Below, piece after piece: positions 1-9,613 of a stretch of DNA of 64,000 bases. The position numbers and the translations under genes were made by a program. The stretch is from Abditibacterium sp. GTDB taxonomy: Bacteria; Armatimonadota; Abditibacteriia; Abditibacteriales; Abditibacteriaceae. The stretch's first letter is position 1. Every line of letters starts with the position of its first letter. The stretch is from the NCBI GenBank assembly GCA_965199495.1, contig CBDASK010000003.1:1024001-1088000 (forward strand). The letters run 5' to 3'. Under the pieces are notes generated by a model, which searched no databases, had not been told where the DNA came from, and was given only the letters and a program-made list of their open reading frames with translations.

Positions 1-1065
1 TTCGATTCGACCGTCGTCATCCGCGATTTGTCGCTCGCCATTCGCGAGGGCGAACTGTTCTTTTTGCTCGGCCCGTCGGGTTGCGGCAAGACGACTTGTT
101 TGCGCATGGTCGCCGGTTTTTATCAACCCGATGGTGGCGAGTTGCGCTTTGGCGAGCGCGTGATGAACGACGTGCCGCCGCACAAACGCAACACGGGCAT
201 GGTCTTCCAAAACTACGCGTTGTGGCCGCATTTAACGGCACATGGCAACATCGAATACGGCTTGAAAGTCCGCAAAATCCCACGGCCCGAACGCGATAAA
301 TTAGTCGAGAACGCCTTACAAATGGTGCGATTGGAAGGTCTCGGCAAACGCTATCCGTCGCAGATGTCGGGCGGGCAGCAGCAGCGCGTGGCTCTGGCGC
401 GCGCCTTGGTGATTCGGCCCGATATTTTGTTATTGGACGAGCCGCTTTCCAATCTTGATGCGCAGTTGCGATTGGAAATGCGCGCCGAAATCAAGCGCTT
501 GCACGCCGAAACCGGCACGACGGCGCTTTACGTCACGCACGATCAGGAAGAGGCTTTGTCAATCGCTGACCGCGTCGCGGTGTTGAAAGATGGCGATTTA
601 ATGCAAGTCGGCGCGCCGCGCGAATTGTATCGCCATCCGGTTTCGCGATTTGTCGCCGAATTTATCGGCGAAACCAACTTTTTGCCCGGCAAGATATTGT
701 CCATCGAGCCGCAAACCGTGCGCGTCGAAACGCCCGCAGGCATTTTGACGGCGGCGCGTTCCAATGGCAATTGGCAGTTGAATCAACAGGTTTGGTGTTC
801 GATTCGGCCCGAATCGTGGCATTTGCAGAGCAGCGAGCAAGCAGAGGCGCCGCCCAACCGCTTCGCCGCGCAACTCGAAGACGCGATGTATCTGGGTCAA
901 AACGAGCAATTGCGCGCGCGCTTGACTGGCGGCGTGGCTGCTTCGGGCGACAGTTGGCGTTTGCTCAAAATCGCGGTGCCTAACCCAACGGCGAAGTCGC
1001 CCCACGTCGGCGTGCCGATTACCCTGTTTTGCGCGCCCGAAGATGTCGTCGTGATGGCGGAATAA
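1..1065 (+). CDS. ABC transporter ATP-binding subunit (PotA/FbpC-like, TOBE C-terminus), 5' end truncated by the window
   Basis: Walker A GPSGCGKT, MVFQNYALWPHL, signature MSGGQQQR, Walker B LLLDEP, VTHD; the frame is open to base 1. Confidence 0.93.
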   Translation, partial: FDSTVVIRDLSLAIREGELFFLLGPSGCGKTTCLRMVAGFYQPDGGELRFGERVMNDVPPHKRNTGMVFQNYALWPHLTAHGNIEYGLKVRKIPRPERDKLVENALQMVRLEGLGKRYPSQMSGGQQQRVALARALVIRPDILLLDEPLSNLDAQLRLEMRAEIKRLHAETGTTALYVTHDQEEALSIADRVAVLKDGDLMQVGAPRELYRHPVSRFVAEFIGETNFLPGKILSIEPQTVRVETPAGILTAARSNGNWQLNQQVWCSIRPESWHLQSSEQAEAPPNRFAAQLEDAMYLGQNEQLRARLTGGVAASGDSWRLLKIAVPNPTAKSPHVGVPITLFCAPEDVVVMAE

Positions 1066-1212
1066 GCGAATAAATTCGCAGCCACAATTAACCGTCGGCC
1101 TGCGCCGACGCACCGCAATATCAATGCGATGCACTGTTCTTCGTCTTTATAAATTCTTCGCGTCGGCGCAGGCCGACGGTTAATTGTGGCTGCGAATTTA
1201 TTCGCTTATTCC
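1059..1212. repeat. Long inverted repeat (REP-like, ~53 bp arms)
   Basis: GGAATAAGCGAATAAATTCGCAGCCACAATTAACCGTCGGCCTGCGCCGACGC with its reverse complement at ~1160-1212. Confidence 0.9.
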
Positions 1213-1213
1213 G

Positions 1214-1702
1214 ATGATTTCCATCCGCGCGTTTCAACCCGACGACGAAAAACATTTGCCCCGTTTTCTCGCGCTCGCCGCGCACGAAGACGACACGCAA
1301 ATCGTGCTGGCAAATCCCGATTTGGCGCGTTACATCGAAGATTTCGGTCGCGACGGCGATTGCGCGATTGTCGCACACAGCGACGAAAAAATAGTCGGCG
1401 TCGCGTGGGCGCGTTTGTGGACGAGCGGTAATTGTGGTTTCGGGTGGATTGACGAGGCGACGCCGGAAATGGCGATTGCGGTCGAAGCTGATTTTCGAGG
1501 TCAAGGCATCGGCACACGTTTAATTGAAGCATTAAAATCTGAATTATGCGCGGCGGGTGCGCAGCAAATTGCGCTCAACGTACGCGCTGATTCGCGGGCG
1601 GTGCAGCTTTATGAAAAGTTGGGATTCGCGAAAGTTGATGGCAGCGAACGAACCAATCGCACGGGCGGAGTTTCATTCAATATGTTGGCGCCGTTGCGTT
1701 AA
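1214..1702 (+). CDS. GNAT family N-acetyltransferase
   Basis: AVEADFRGQGIGTRL acetyl-CoA motif and LYEKLGF; start placed at the ATG after the repeat. Confidence 0.88.
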   Translation: MISIRAFQPDDEKHLPRFLALAAHEDDTQIVLANPDLARYIEDFGRDGDCAIVAHSDEKIVGVAWARLWTSGNCGFGWIDEATPEMAIAVEADFRGQGIGTRLIEALKSELCAAGAQQIALNVRADSRAVQLYEKLGFAKVDGSERTNRTGGVSFNMLAPLR

Positions 1703-1714
1703 AATATCTTCGTT

Positions 1715-3034
1715 ATGAAATCGGCGCCACGCACTCCCACAATTCGCGATTATTTCGGCGTCAGCATTTATTGGCTGGGACTTTCGTTTTTCTGGGGCGC
1801 GATGCTCACGCTGGTTTTGCCCAATCGCATTGACGAACTGTTCCCCGCCGATAAAGATCGCATTTTGACGATCATCGCCAGTTCGGGCGCCGCCATCGCG
1901 ACAATCGCGCAGGTGTTTTTCGGCGCGTGGAGCGATACGTCGCGCAACCGAATTGGGCGCAGACGGCCATTTTTATTAGTCGGCACGCTGGGCGGCTGTT
2001 TCACATTATTGTTCTTTCCAAGCGCGCACACTTTGTTATCGTTACTGGCGGTTTTCCTGTTGCTTCAACTGTGGATTAACGTCGCGGGCGGGCCATACCA
2101 AGGTTTAATGCCCGACTTAATTCCCTCCAGCAAACACGGCACGGCGGCGGCTTGGATGGGCGCGGCTTCGATTGTTGGACGTATCGGCGGGCCGATTGCA
2201 GCGTCGGTTTTGTTGCGACCCGACACCCAAAGTTGGTTGGAGCCACGGGCGCCGTGGCTGCATGCGCTGGGCGCTAATCTCGGCCTGAGTTTGCTGGCTT
2301 TAATCTTCATCGCCGTGTTGCTCCTCGCGATGATTTTGACGCTCGTTTCGGCGCGCGAAACGCCGCTCGCTGCGGATTCGCCGCGCGTCGGCATTGGCGC
2401 GACGATCATGGGAATTTTGCGTGTGCCGCTCAAACCATATCCCAGTTTCGTGTGGCTGATGATTTCGCGATTGGGCATCATGTTGGGCGTTTACACGGTT
2501 TCGTTTTGTCTGCTTTATTATATTCGCGATACGCTGGGGTTTTCCGACCAGAGCCAATCGTTGAAAGTGCTGACCAATTTTTTGTTAATTTCGACTTTCA
2601 CTGGCATCATTGGGACGATTCCGGCGGGTATCATCAGCGACAAAATTGGCAAAAAGCCGATTTTATATTTCGCCAACACGGTTTGCATGGCGTCGGGTTT
2701 GGCGTTCGCGCTATCGCACGATTTGACGATGGCCTATATCGCGGCGGGCATTTTTGGCGCGGGTTATGGCGCGTTCGCGGCGGTGGATTGGGCGCTGGCG
2801 TGTAACTTGTTGCCGCCCGATTCGCCCGCCAAATATCTGGGATTGTGGGGCATTTCCGATACTTTATCGCAAGTCGTGGCGCCGCTTTTGGCGGGGCCAA
2901 TTGCGTTCTGGATTAACGGCAGCGTCGGCGCGGGCGTCGGCTATCGCGCGCTGATGATTTTGGCGTTGATTTATTTCGGATTGGGCACATTGACGATTCG
3001 ATTTATCCGCGAGAAAGTTTCGGATAGCAGATAA
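1715..3034 (+). CDS. MFS transporter (SLC45/sugar-like)
   Basis: GAWSDTSRNRIGRRRPF and SDKIGKK MFS loop motifs; about 12 hydrophobic segments. Confidence 0.88.
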   Translation: MKSAPRTPTIRDYFGVSIYWLGLSFFWGAMLTLVLPNRIDELFPADKDRILTIIASSGAAIATIAQVFFGAWSDTSRNRIGRRRPFLLVGTLGGCFTLLFFPSAHTLLSLLAVFLLLQLWINVAGGPYQGLMPDLIPSSKHGTAAAWMGAASIVGRIGGPIAASVLLRPDTQSWLEPRAPWLHALGANLGLSLLALIFIAVLLLAMILTLVSARETPLAADSPRVGIGATIMGILRVPLKPYPSFVWLMISRLGIMLGVYTVSFCLLYYIRDTLGFSDQSQSLKVLTNFLLISTFTGIIGTIPAGIISDKIGKKPILYFANTVCMASGLAFALSHDLTMAYIAAGIFGAGYGAFAAVDWALACNLLPPDSPAKYLGLWGISDTLSQVVAPLLAGPIAFWINGSVGAGVGYRALMILALIYFGLGTLTIRFIREKVSDSR

Positions 3035-3107
3035 TCTCCAACACTCTCTCAACCAATTTGGCCTTGCTCCACGCGCGCGCAGAGGGCTATCCTAAACGTT
3101 GATTCCC

Positions 3108-3479
3108 ATGCTTTCCGCGATTATCACTGGCGCCGCGCTCATCTCGCTTGGCCCGATTTTCTTCCTGCTCGGCGAACCCGGACAGCGCCATGCGACGGCG
3201 TTTATTCCGTCGTTTTTCGGCTTCATCATCTTGATTCTCGGCATCGTTGCGAGCAATCCGGCGCGCACCAAAATGGCGATGCACGCCGCCGTCGGTTTCG
3301 CGATGGTCAGCGCCTTGGGCGCTTTGTTCATGGGCGGCCCCAAATGGCCCGCGTTGCTGAGCGGCCAACTCACGTTTCGCCCACTGGCCGCGCTGGCGAT
3401 GTTAGTTATGTTCGTGATTTGCGCGATTTTCGTGGCGACATCGGTTGGTCGCTTCATCAAAATGCGCCAACCCAAGTAA
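3108..3479 (+). CDS. Small membrane protein (about 4 TM)
   Basis: Hydrophobic ORF between the MFS gene and holA, TAFIP motif. Confidence 0.7.
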   Translation: MLSAIITGAALISLGPIFFLLGEPGQRHATAFIPSFFGFIILILGIVASNPARTKMAMHAAVGFAMVSALGALFMGGPKWPALLSGQLTFRPLAALAMLVMFVICAIFVATSVGRFIKMRQPK

Positions 3480-3486
3480 GCGTGCC

Positions 3487-4662
3487 ATGACGATTAACTA
3501 CGCCAACTTCGACGCCAAACGCGCGCTGGGGCGCAAGGGTGAGCCACATCGCGTTTACGGCGTGTGGGGCGACGCCTATTTGCAAGGGCGCGTCATTCAA
3601 TCGTTGCTCGAATGGTCGCTTGCGAGCGACGCGCGCGATTTTAATCTCGACACGCTCGACGGCGAAAGCACGACGGTCAGCGATCTATTAGCCACGGCGA
3701 CCAGCTTGCCATTTTTGTCGGATCGGCGCGCCATCGTCGTCAAGCGCGCCGACAAACTCGAAGGCGTTGCCACGACAACTGCGGGCGGCGCGAAAAAGAA
3801 GAAGACGGATACTTCGCCCGCCGCGCGTTTGGCCGAAGGCATCGAAAAACTGCCGCCTTCCACGGTGCTGATTTTGGCGCGCTCGCCCGAAACGCCCGAA
3901 CCCGGCGACAAACCCGGCGAACGCTGTCTCAACGCCGCGCTCGACAAAATCATCGGCGATAACGGCGTATTAATTAATTGTCTGGTGCCACCCAAAGCGA
4001 TGCCCATCGCGATTTCTATCGTCGAAAACGAGGCGGCGGCGCACGAGATAATTTTAGCGCGTGGAGCCGCCGCGCATTTGGTCGAACGTTGCGGCACCGA
4101 CATCGCCGCGCTGTTATCGGAACTCGAAAAATGTGCGTTGCGCGCGGGCATCGGCCAACCGGTGACGGCGGCGGTCATTGACGAGATGACCAAGCGGGCT
4201 TTGCACGAAACCGTCTTCGACTTGACCGATGCCGTCGGCGCGCGTCAGGGCGTCAAAGCGTTGAGTTCGCTGCAAGAACTGCTGGGCGCGGGCGAACCCG
4301 CCGAATTGATTATGTCACTCATCGTGCGCCATCTGCGGCAACTGTTGCAGGCGCGCGCCCTGCTCGACGCCGGTTTGTCGCTCGACGGTAGCGCGGCACG
4401 AAACATTTCGCCGCAATTGATGGCGCAGTTGCCCGCCGGACGCGACAACCTGGCGACGGCGCTGCAATCGCAAAGTTGGATGGGCGGACGCTTGAACAAT
4501 CAGGCGCGTTATTTCTCGACGGCGCAATTATCGCGCGCACTGGAACTGGCGTTCGAGGCCGATTTGCAATCGAAAGGCATCGAAGGCAACGGCGGCTTCG
4601 ACACCAAAGACGAATCGCGCGCCTCGCTGGAAATTTTGGTGGCGAAGTTGTGCGCGCTTTAA
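3487..4662 (+). CDS. holA: DNA polymerase III delta subunit
   Basis: DFNLDTLDG, SLPFLSDRR, ELEK, VFDLTDA and ADLQSKG are typical of HolA. Confidence 0.88.
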   Translation: MTINYANFDAKRALGRKGEPHRVYGVWGDAYLQGRVIQSLLEWSLASDARDFNLDTLDGESTTVSDLLATATSLPFLSDRRAIVVKRADKLEGVATTTAGGAKKKKTDTSPAARLAEGIEKLPPSTVLILARSPETPEPGDKPGERCLNAALDKIIGDNGVLINCLVPPKAMPIAISIVENEAAAHEIILARGAAAHLVERCGTDIAALLSELEKCALRAGIGQPVTAAVIDEMTKRALHETVFDLTDAVGARQGVKALSSLQELLGAGEPAELIMSLIVRHLRQLLQARALLDAGLSLDGSAARNISPQLMAQLPAGRDNLATALQSQSWMGGRLNNQARYFSTAQLSRALELAFEADLQSKGIEGNGGFDTKDESRASLEILVAKLCAL

Positions 4663-4693
4663 AAGCAGATTGTTGTTCACGCTTCTCTTATTA

Positions 4694-4827
4694 CGCCCTC
4701 ATTGTCATTCTGAGCGTAGCGAGGAATCCATGACATACGGTTACCGGCAAAGGTCAAGTTTCATCGCAACCGATGGATTCTTCGACTGCGCTCGTTCCTC
4801 GCTACGCTCAGAATGACAATGAGGGCG
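4694..4827. repeat. REP-like palindrome, GTCATTCTGAGCG...CGCTCAGAATGAC family
   Basis: CGCCCTCATTGTCATTCTGAGCGTAGCGAGGAA pairs with TTCCTCGCTACGCTCAGAATGACAATGAGGGCG; related copy at 17793. Confidence 0.9.
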
Positions 4828-4850
4828 CAGTGTTCTTGGTTTGCCTTCAC

Positions 4851-5393
4851 TCAACGCAACGCCGCTTTGACAAAGCGTCCGCCGCGCCATTTTAAATCGA
4901 ACGTGTGCCAGCGCTTTTGTTTGCTTAAATCGAACTTATAGACGCGAATCGTCGTGCCGATGCGCGGCAGTTCGTAAAGATATTGATTTTGTCGAACCGG
5001 CACGGGCAATTCTCTTTCGGTGACATCGCGCAGTTTGCCCTTATTCAAACGATAAAGACTGAAACCGTTGTAATCGCTGTGGTAATCGGGAGCGCTCTGG
5101 GCGACGAGTTCGGCGCCGTGATAGCGAAAAACGGCGATTTGCTCGCGCGGCGACGAATCGGGGTTGACCGACATATAATCGTGACGCAGATCAACAACGG
5201 GTTCGTAGGGCGCTTTCAATAGTTCGCGGCGCTGAGTGCCTTCATAACCGCTGATTCCGATGGCGCGCAACAGAAAGAAATAATCGAGAACGTTGTGACG
5301 TTTCGCCCCATCTTTCGACAGCGCGCGCGGCGGCGTGGCTGCAAGCGCAACCAAGGCCAGCGATGCAGCCACGGCGAACGGCAAGAGTTTCAT
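4851..5393 (-). CDS. Secreted hypothetical protein (probable paralog of 38202-38981)
   Basis: N-terminal signal peptide; DYF..RRELL..VDLRHDY..QIAVF..LPRIG. Confidence 0.75.
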   Translation of the reverse strand: MKLLPFAVAASLALVALAATPPRALSKDGAKRHNVLDYFFLLRAIGISGYEGTQRRELLKAPYEPVVDLRHDYMSVNPDSSPREQIAVFRYHGAELVAQSAPDYHSDYNGFSLYRLNKGKLRDVTERELPVPVRQNQYLYELPRIGTTIRVYKFDLSKQKRWHTFDLKWRGGRFVKAALR

Positions 5394-5415
5394 GGTGAGA
5401 CGAAATTCAACGAGA

Positions 5416-6099
5416 TTAACCTTTATTTTCTTCGACCATCTTATAACCGACGTTGCGCACGGTTTGAATCAACTCGTCGAATTGCGGGCCGATTTTGGCG
5501 CGCAGACGGCGAATATGAACGTCAACGGTGCGCGTGCCGCCGAGATATTCTTCGCCCCAAACGTGACGCAAAAGCGCGTCGCGCGAGAAAACGCGGCCTC
5601 GGTGCGTAATGAGAAAACGCAAAAGCTCGAACTCTTTGTAGGTCAAATCGAGCGGCTCGCCTTTGAGATTGACCGAATACGAGGCCAGATTCATCACCAG
5701 ACTTCCAGCTTTGATGGTGTCTTTGGAATCGACTTTGGAGAGGCGCCACAGCACGAAACGGATGCGCGTGTTGAGTTCCTCGAAACTATCGGAGCGCACT
5801 AAAAAATCTTCCAGACCGATGGAAAAATCGAGCGTGACAGCGTCGCGCGGGTCAACCAAGGCGACGATGGGAATGTGCTTGAGTTCGCGGTCGCCCTTGA
5901 GCGTGCGCACGGTCGAAGTCGGGTCGGAAGTCGAAGCCGTGAAATCGAAGATGATGAGGTCGGCGCCGCGATCCTGAACCTGCTCGAAAAAAGATTCTTC
6001 GGGATCGGCCATCCACGGGCGATAGCCCCAACCCACGAGCTGCAAACGCAGTTCGCGGATAAATTTGCGGTCGGTCGAAGCCAAAGCGACGTTAATCAT
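5416..6099 (-). CDS. OmpR/PhoB-type response regulator with atypical receiver (GlnR-like)
   Basis: Winged helix LTYKEFELL...RTVDVHIRRLRAK...TVRNVGYK; start could be 6132. Confidence 0.9.
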   Translation of the reverse strand: MINVALASTDRKFIRELRLQLVGWGYRPWMADPEESFFEQVQDRGADLIIFDFTASTSDPTSTVRTLKGDRELKHIPIVALVDPRDAVTLDFSIGLEDFLVRSDSFEELNTRIRFVLWRLSKVDSKDTIKAGSLVMNLASYSVNLKGEPLDLTYKEFELLRFLITHRGRVFSRDALLRHVWGEEYLGGTRTVDVHIRRLRAKIGPQFDELIQTVRNVGYKMVEENKG

Positions 6100-6222
6100 A
6101 AGATATTCCCTACGCCTAAAATATCTTTTCATTACCCGTGTTCTAACTATTATAAAACAAAGATAATAAAAACATTTGAAGGAACTTGCGTTAGTATGAC
6201 TTAAACATCGCCCAATGACAAA

Positions 6223-6250
6223 ACCGCTCGTTCTCCAAAGAACGAGCGGT
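6223..6250. terminator. Hairpin, likely terminator of the upp-yjbQ-small ORF unit
   Basis: ACCGCTCGTTCT-CCAA-AGAACGAGCGGT followed by a T run on the minus strand. Confidence 0.65.
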
Positions 6251-6307
6251 CGAATCGAAACACCTCCTAATAAAAACCATTTTATTGGTATTACTCGGAC
6301 GAGTTAT

Positions 6308-6418
6308 TTATTTCTTTTTGTTGTCCGAAGCGGCGATTGCCTCTTTTTTCGCGGCGCGGTCGCGTTCTTTACGACGCTTGCGACGCTGATTGATTTCGCG
6401 TTGACGTTCCAATGCCAT
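6308..6418 (-). CDS. 36-aa basic protein (DUF6800-like)
   Basis: MALERQREINQRRKRRKERDRAAKKEAIAASDNKKK preceded by a strong SD, AGGAGGT. Confidence 0.75.
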   Translation of the reverse strand: MALERQREINQRRKRRKERDRAAKKEAIAASDNKKK

Positions 6419-6438
6419 AGTTTTTCCACCTCCTGTTT

Positions 6439-6840
6439 TTAACTTTCGTCTTTGATGATTTGCACCCACACGCTGCGCGAGCGCGGCCCATCGAATTCGC
6501 AAAAGAAGACGGCCTGCCAGCGACCGAGTTGCAATTTGCCGTATTCGATGGGAATCGTCTGGCTTGAACCGGTCATTAGAGCTTTGATGTGCGCATCCGA
6601 ATTGCCCTCGGCATGACGATAATCGCCCTCGCGCGGCACCAAAGCATCGAGCGAAGTCGTGATGTCGCGGCAAACATCGGGATCGTAACCTTCCTGAACC
6701 GCGATGCCCGCCGTCGTATGCGGCGCGTAAACGGTGCAGAGACCGCGCCTCACGCCGCTTTCTTCGACCAATCGCCGCACATCGGCGGTAATATTAACCA
6801 TTTCACTCGCGTTTTCCGTTGACAAATGCAAGGTGAGCAT
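6439..6840 (-). CDS. yjbQ: YjbQ/UPF0047 family protein
   Basis: HTTAG, DPDV, HAEGNSDAHIK, LGRWQ and EFDGPR. Confidence 0.93.
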   Translation of the reverse strand: MLTLHLSTENASEMVNITADVRRLVEESGVRRGLCTVYAPHTTAGIAVQEGYDPDVCRDITTSLDALVPREGDYRHAEGNSDAHIKALMTGSSQTIPIEYGKLQLGRWQAVFFCEFDGPRSRSVWVQIIKDES

Positions 6841-6876
6841 CGCGTAATAGCTTATCAGATTTCGGGCAATCCGCTC

Positions 6877-7524
6877 TTATTCCGTTCCAAAGGCTCTATC
6901 GCCCGCGTCGCCAAGTCCCGGCACGATGAAAAATCGTTCGTCAATTTTAGCATCAACGGCGGCGCAAAAAATCGTGACTTCGGGATATTTCTCGCCGATC
7001 CGTTCGATGGCAGGTTGCGACGCAATGATGGACAAAACGCGAACCAAATGAATATCGGCGCCGCGCTCGGTCAGCGCATCGAGCGCCTGAACCAGAGTGC
7101 CACCCGTCGCCAGCATCGGTTCCAAAATTAAAATGCGCGCGTCCGATGCAATGCGTTCGGGCAAACCGGTCAGATAACAAACGGCGCGCGCGGTTGCTTC
7201 GTCGCGGCGATAACCGACGTGCAGGATTTTCGCGTCGGGCAAAAGCGGCAAAACGCCTTCCACCAGAGCCAGCCCCGCGCGCAGAATCGGCACGATTTCG
7301 ACGCGCGTTGCGCGATTGAGAATCGTTGCGGGCGCCGAAACATCGAGCGGCGTTTCGATTTGCGTTGCAATCGTCGGCAACCAATCGCGGCAAATTTCGT
7401 AACCGAGCCAGCGCCCAAGGGCAGCCACGGCGCCGCGAAACTGCGGCGTGGCTGTCTGGCGGTCGCGGCATTGCGCGAGGGCATCGGCGATTAACGGATG
7501 ATTCGGGACGTGAACGTGAGGCAT
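6877..7524 (-). CDS. upp: Uracil phosphoribosyltransferase
   Basis: VPILRAG, PMLATGGT and IVPGLGDAGDRAFGT. Confidence 0.96.
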   Translation of the reverse strand: MPHVHVPNHPLIADALAQCRDRQTATPQFRGAVAALGRWLGYEICRDWLPTIATQIETPLDVSAPATILNRATRVEIVPILRAGLALVEGVLPLLPDAKILHVGYRRDEATARAVCYLTGLPERIASDARILILEPMLATGGTLVQALDALTERGADIHLVRVLSIIASQPAIERIGEKYPEVTIFCAAVDAKIDERFFIVPGLGDAGDRAFGTE

Positions 7525-7559
7525 CGAACAGAGTTTGCCCGATGCCTCGTCATTGTTCC

Positions 7560-9116
7560 TTATCGCAAAGTAATCTTTACCGAATGCGCACCCGTCAACG
7601 TGGCCGGAATGAACGCGCTTTTGCTCGCCTTGCCGTCAATCATCACATTTGAGATTCGGTTGCCCTGCCCTTGCAGCGCGATGTCGAGCGTGGCGCCGCG
7701 ATATTTCAGGCCGGAAAGTTCGACGTTGCCCCAACCGGCGGGCAGCGTCGGCGCGAGCATTACGCCGTCGGGCTGGAAGTTCATGCCGAACAGTCCCTGA
7801 TACATCATGCGCAGATAACCCGTCGCCGACCACGTTTGATCCAAGAGCGGCCCCCAGTGAAAACCCTGCCAACCGCCGTCGCCCTTGCCGGTGAGGGGAT
7901 TGTAAATTTCATTGAAATTGTCGCCGCTACTGATGCCTAAAAGCGCCACATTTTCGGTTTCGTTCTTGAAGGTCGCCACGTCGCCGGTTTGCGTGGCGGC
8001 GGTCGCCCACATCCCGTTGACCAGAGGCCACACCATCACGTTATGGCGGCCCGGCTTTTCGTCGGAAAAGCGCGCGAAATGCGGCCATTGCGTCGTGATA
8101 CCGTTGGGCGAAATATGCGCTTTTTTCAAAATGCTGGCGGCTTTGGCTTTGTCCGCGACGCCTGACAAAATCGCGAACGACAAACCGATGCCTTCTTGCG
8201 TTGCGTCGCGCTCGCCGGTTTTTGGCCCGGCGCCGTAAACGAAATAATCGTAAGTGCCTTTGTCGGCGTTCCAGAGTTTGCTGTTGATGGCGATTTTCAG
8301 CGCATCCGCCGCATTGTCAAAGGCCGTGGCTTGTGTGGCGGGACGGCCCAATTCGCGCGCCATATTCGCGGCGTTGCGATAGCCCGCGTAGTAAACGCAG
8401 TTGGTGCTGAGCGCCATCAAATCCTGGCTGTAATGATGATCTAAAACGAAGCCGCTGCCGTTGGTCGGATCATAAATCGGTTCGGGATAGGCGGCGATAC
8501 CGTCGGCAAAAACGGCTGGGCCGCGAAATAAACCGTAAGTCGGATTGAAATACTCGGCGCGCGTCAATTTGAGTTCGTCCTGCGCGACGCCGTAAGCCGT
8601 TTGCAAAAATTCACGGTCGCCAGTCACTTTATAATGGTTCCACGCCGCCGTAATCCAGATGACTTTGTCCCACCACTGATTATCGCGCTGCAAAACGATG
8701 CTGCCATCATCCTGTTTCTGGCAGACCGCCCACAACGTGTTGCGCGCCACGGCGGGTTCGAGCAGCGAAGCCGCGTTCCAACTGTTGATCGAAGCGTCGC
8801 GCGTCCACGGCTCGTTATAGCCGCCGCCCGCTTTAACGAAGAGTTTGGAATCGCCCATCAAACCGGCTTTGTCGTGTTTATTTTCGGCGTCGGCCACGGT
8901 GTTGATGCGCAGCAAGTTATCGAGCGCATCGTCGTAAGCGCGGCCCAAAGTGCGCTGCGTCAAACCGTTCTCGAATCGCAATTTGGGTGCATGACTCAAG
9001 CGCGTCGCCGTGGCTACTGCGTTGGCGGGCGCGGTTTGGGCCAATGCTGGCGCGTGGCTGACGAGGAGCGCCGCCGACAAAACGGCGAAAATAGAGACGA
9101 TTTTGGATCGAAGCAT
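7560..9116 (-). CDS. Secreted (alpha/alpha)6 glycoside hydrolase (amylo-alpha-1,6-glucosidase/GH65-like C-terminus)
   Basis: Signal peptide, PWTRDASINSW, RHNVMVWP, QTWSATGY and PTLPAGW..LSGLKYRG. Confidence 0.8.
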   Translation of the reverse strand: MLRSKIVSIFAVLSAALLVSHAPALAQTAPANAVATATRLSHAPKLRFENGLTQRTLGRAYDDALDNLLRINTVADAENKHDKAGLMGDSKLFVKAGGGYNEPWTRDASINSWNAASLLEPAVARNTLWAVCQKQDDGSIVLQRDNQWWDKVIWITAAWNHYKVTGDREFLQTAYGVAQDELKLTRAEYFNPTYGLFRGPAVFADGIAAYPEPIYDPTNGSGFVLDHHYSQDLMALSTNCVYYAGYRNAANMARELGRPATQATAFDNAADALKIAINSKLWNADKGTYDYFVYGAGPKTGERDATQEGIGLSFAILSGVADKAKAASILKKAHISPNGITTQWPHFARFSDEKPGRHNVMVWPLVNGMWATAATQTGDVATFKNETENVALLGISSGDNFNEIYNPLTGKGDGGWQGFHWGPLLDQTWSATGYLRMMYQGLFGMNFQPDGVMLAPTLPAGWGNVELSGLKYRGATLDIALQGQGNRISNVMIDGKASKSAFIPATLTGAHSVKITLR

Positions 9117-9141
9117 GAATTGAAATAGAAGAAACACAGTT

Positions 9142-9255
9142 GGTTTGTAGTGTCGCCCTAAGGCGAACGGGCGAGGCTAACCAAGACCAGCAGGGGATGC
9201 TTTGTTATCCGAATTCGCCTCACGGCGACACTACGAACCGGCGACACTACGAACC
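9142..9255. repeat. GTAG-type REP with tandem duplication of one arm
   Basis: GGTTTGTAGTGTCGCC opposite two tandem copies of GGCGACACTACGAACC. Confidence 0.8.
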
Positions 9256-9613
9256 TGACCACAAGCCAACTGCGTTTCTCCTTCACGTTTGAGCGGGGGG
9301 CAAGAGAAAGCGAAAACGGCTCGCATTATGGAAGTGCCAAAATTGGAGTGGTTGATTTTAAGACAACGCAGAAGTGTTCTTTCAAGTGACAGTTCTTACT
9401 TTCAAATACCAGCCAACCATGCTTGGACATTTCCTGTTTTCTGTCTCGTCAAAATCAACCGTTCCAAGTTTGGCACTCCCTTCAAGGAAAGAGCAAGCGG
9501 TAGCATTCCCACTCTGGTAAATTATTTTAACAAGTCGTTTCAAAAAGTAAATAGCCGAAATTTCTTTTGGTCGCTTTTCTTTTACAAGAGCCACGCACGA
9601 TTTGTATTACTTC

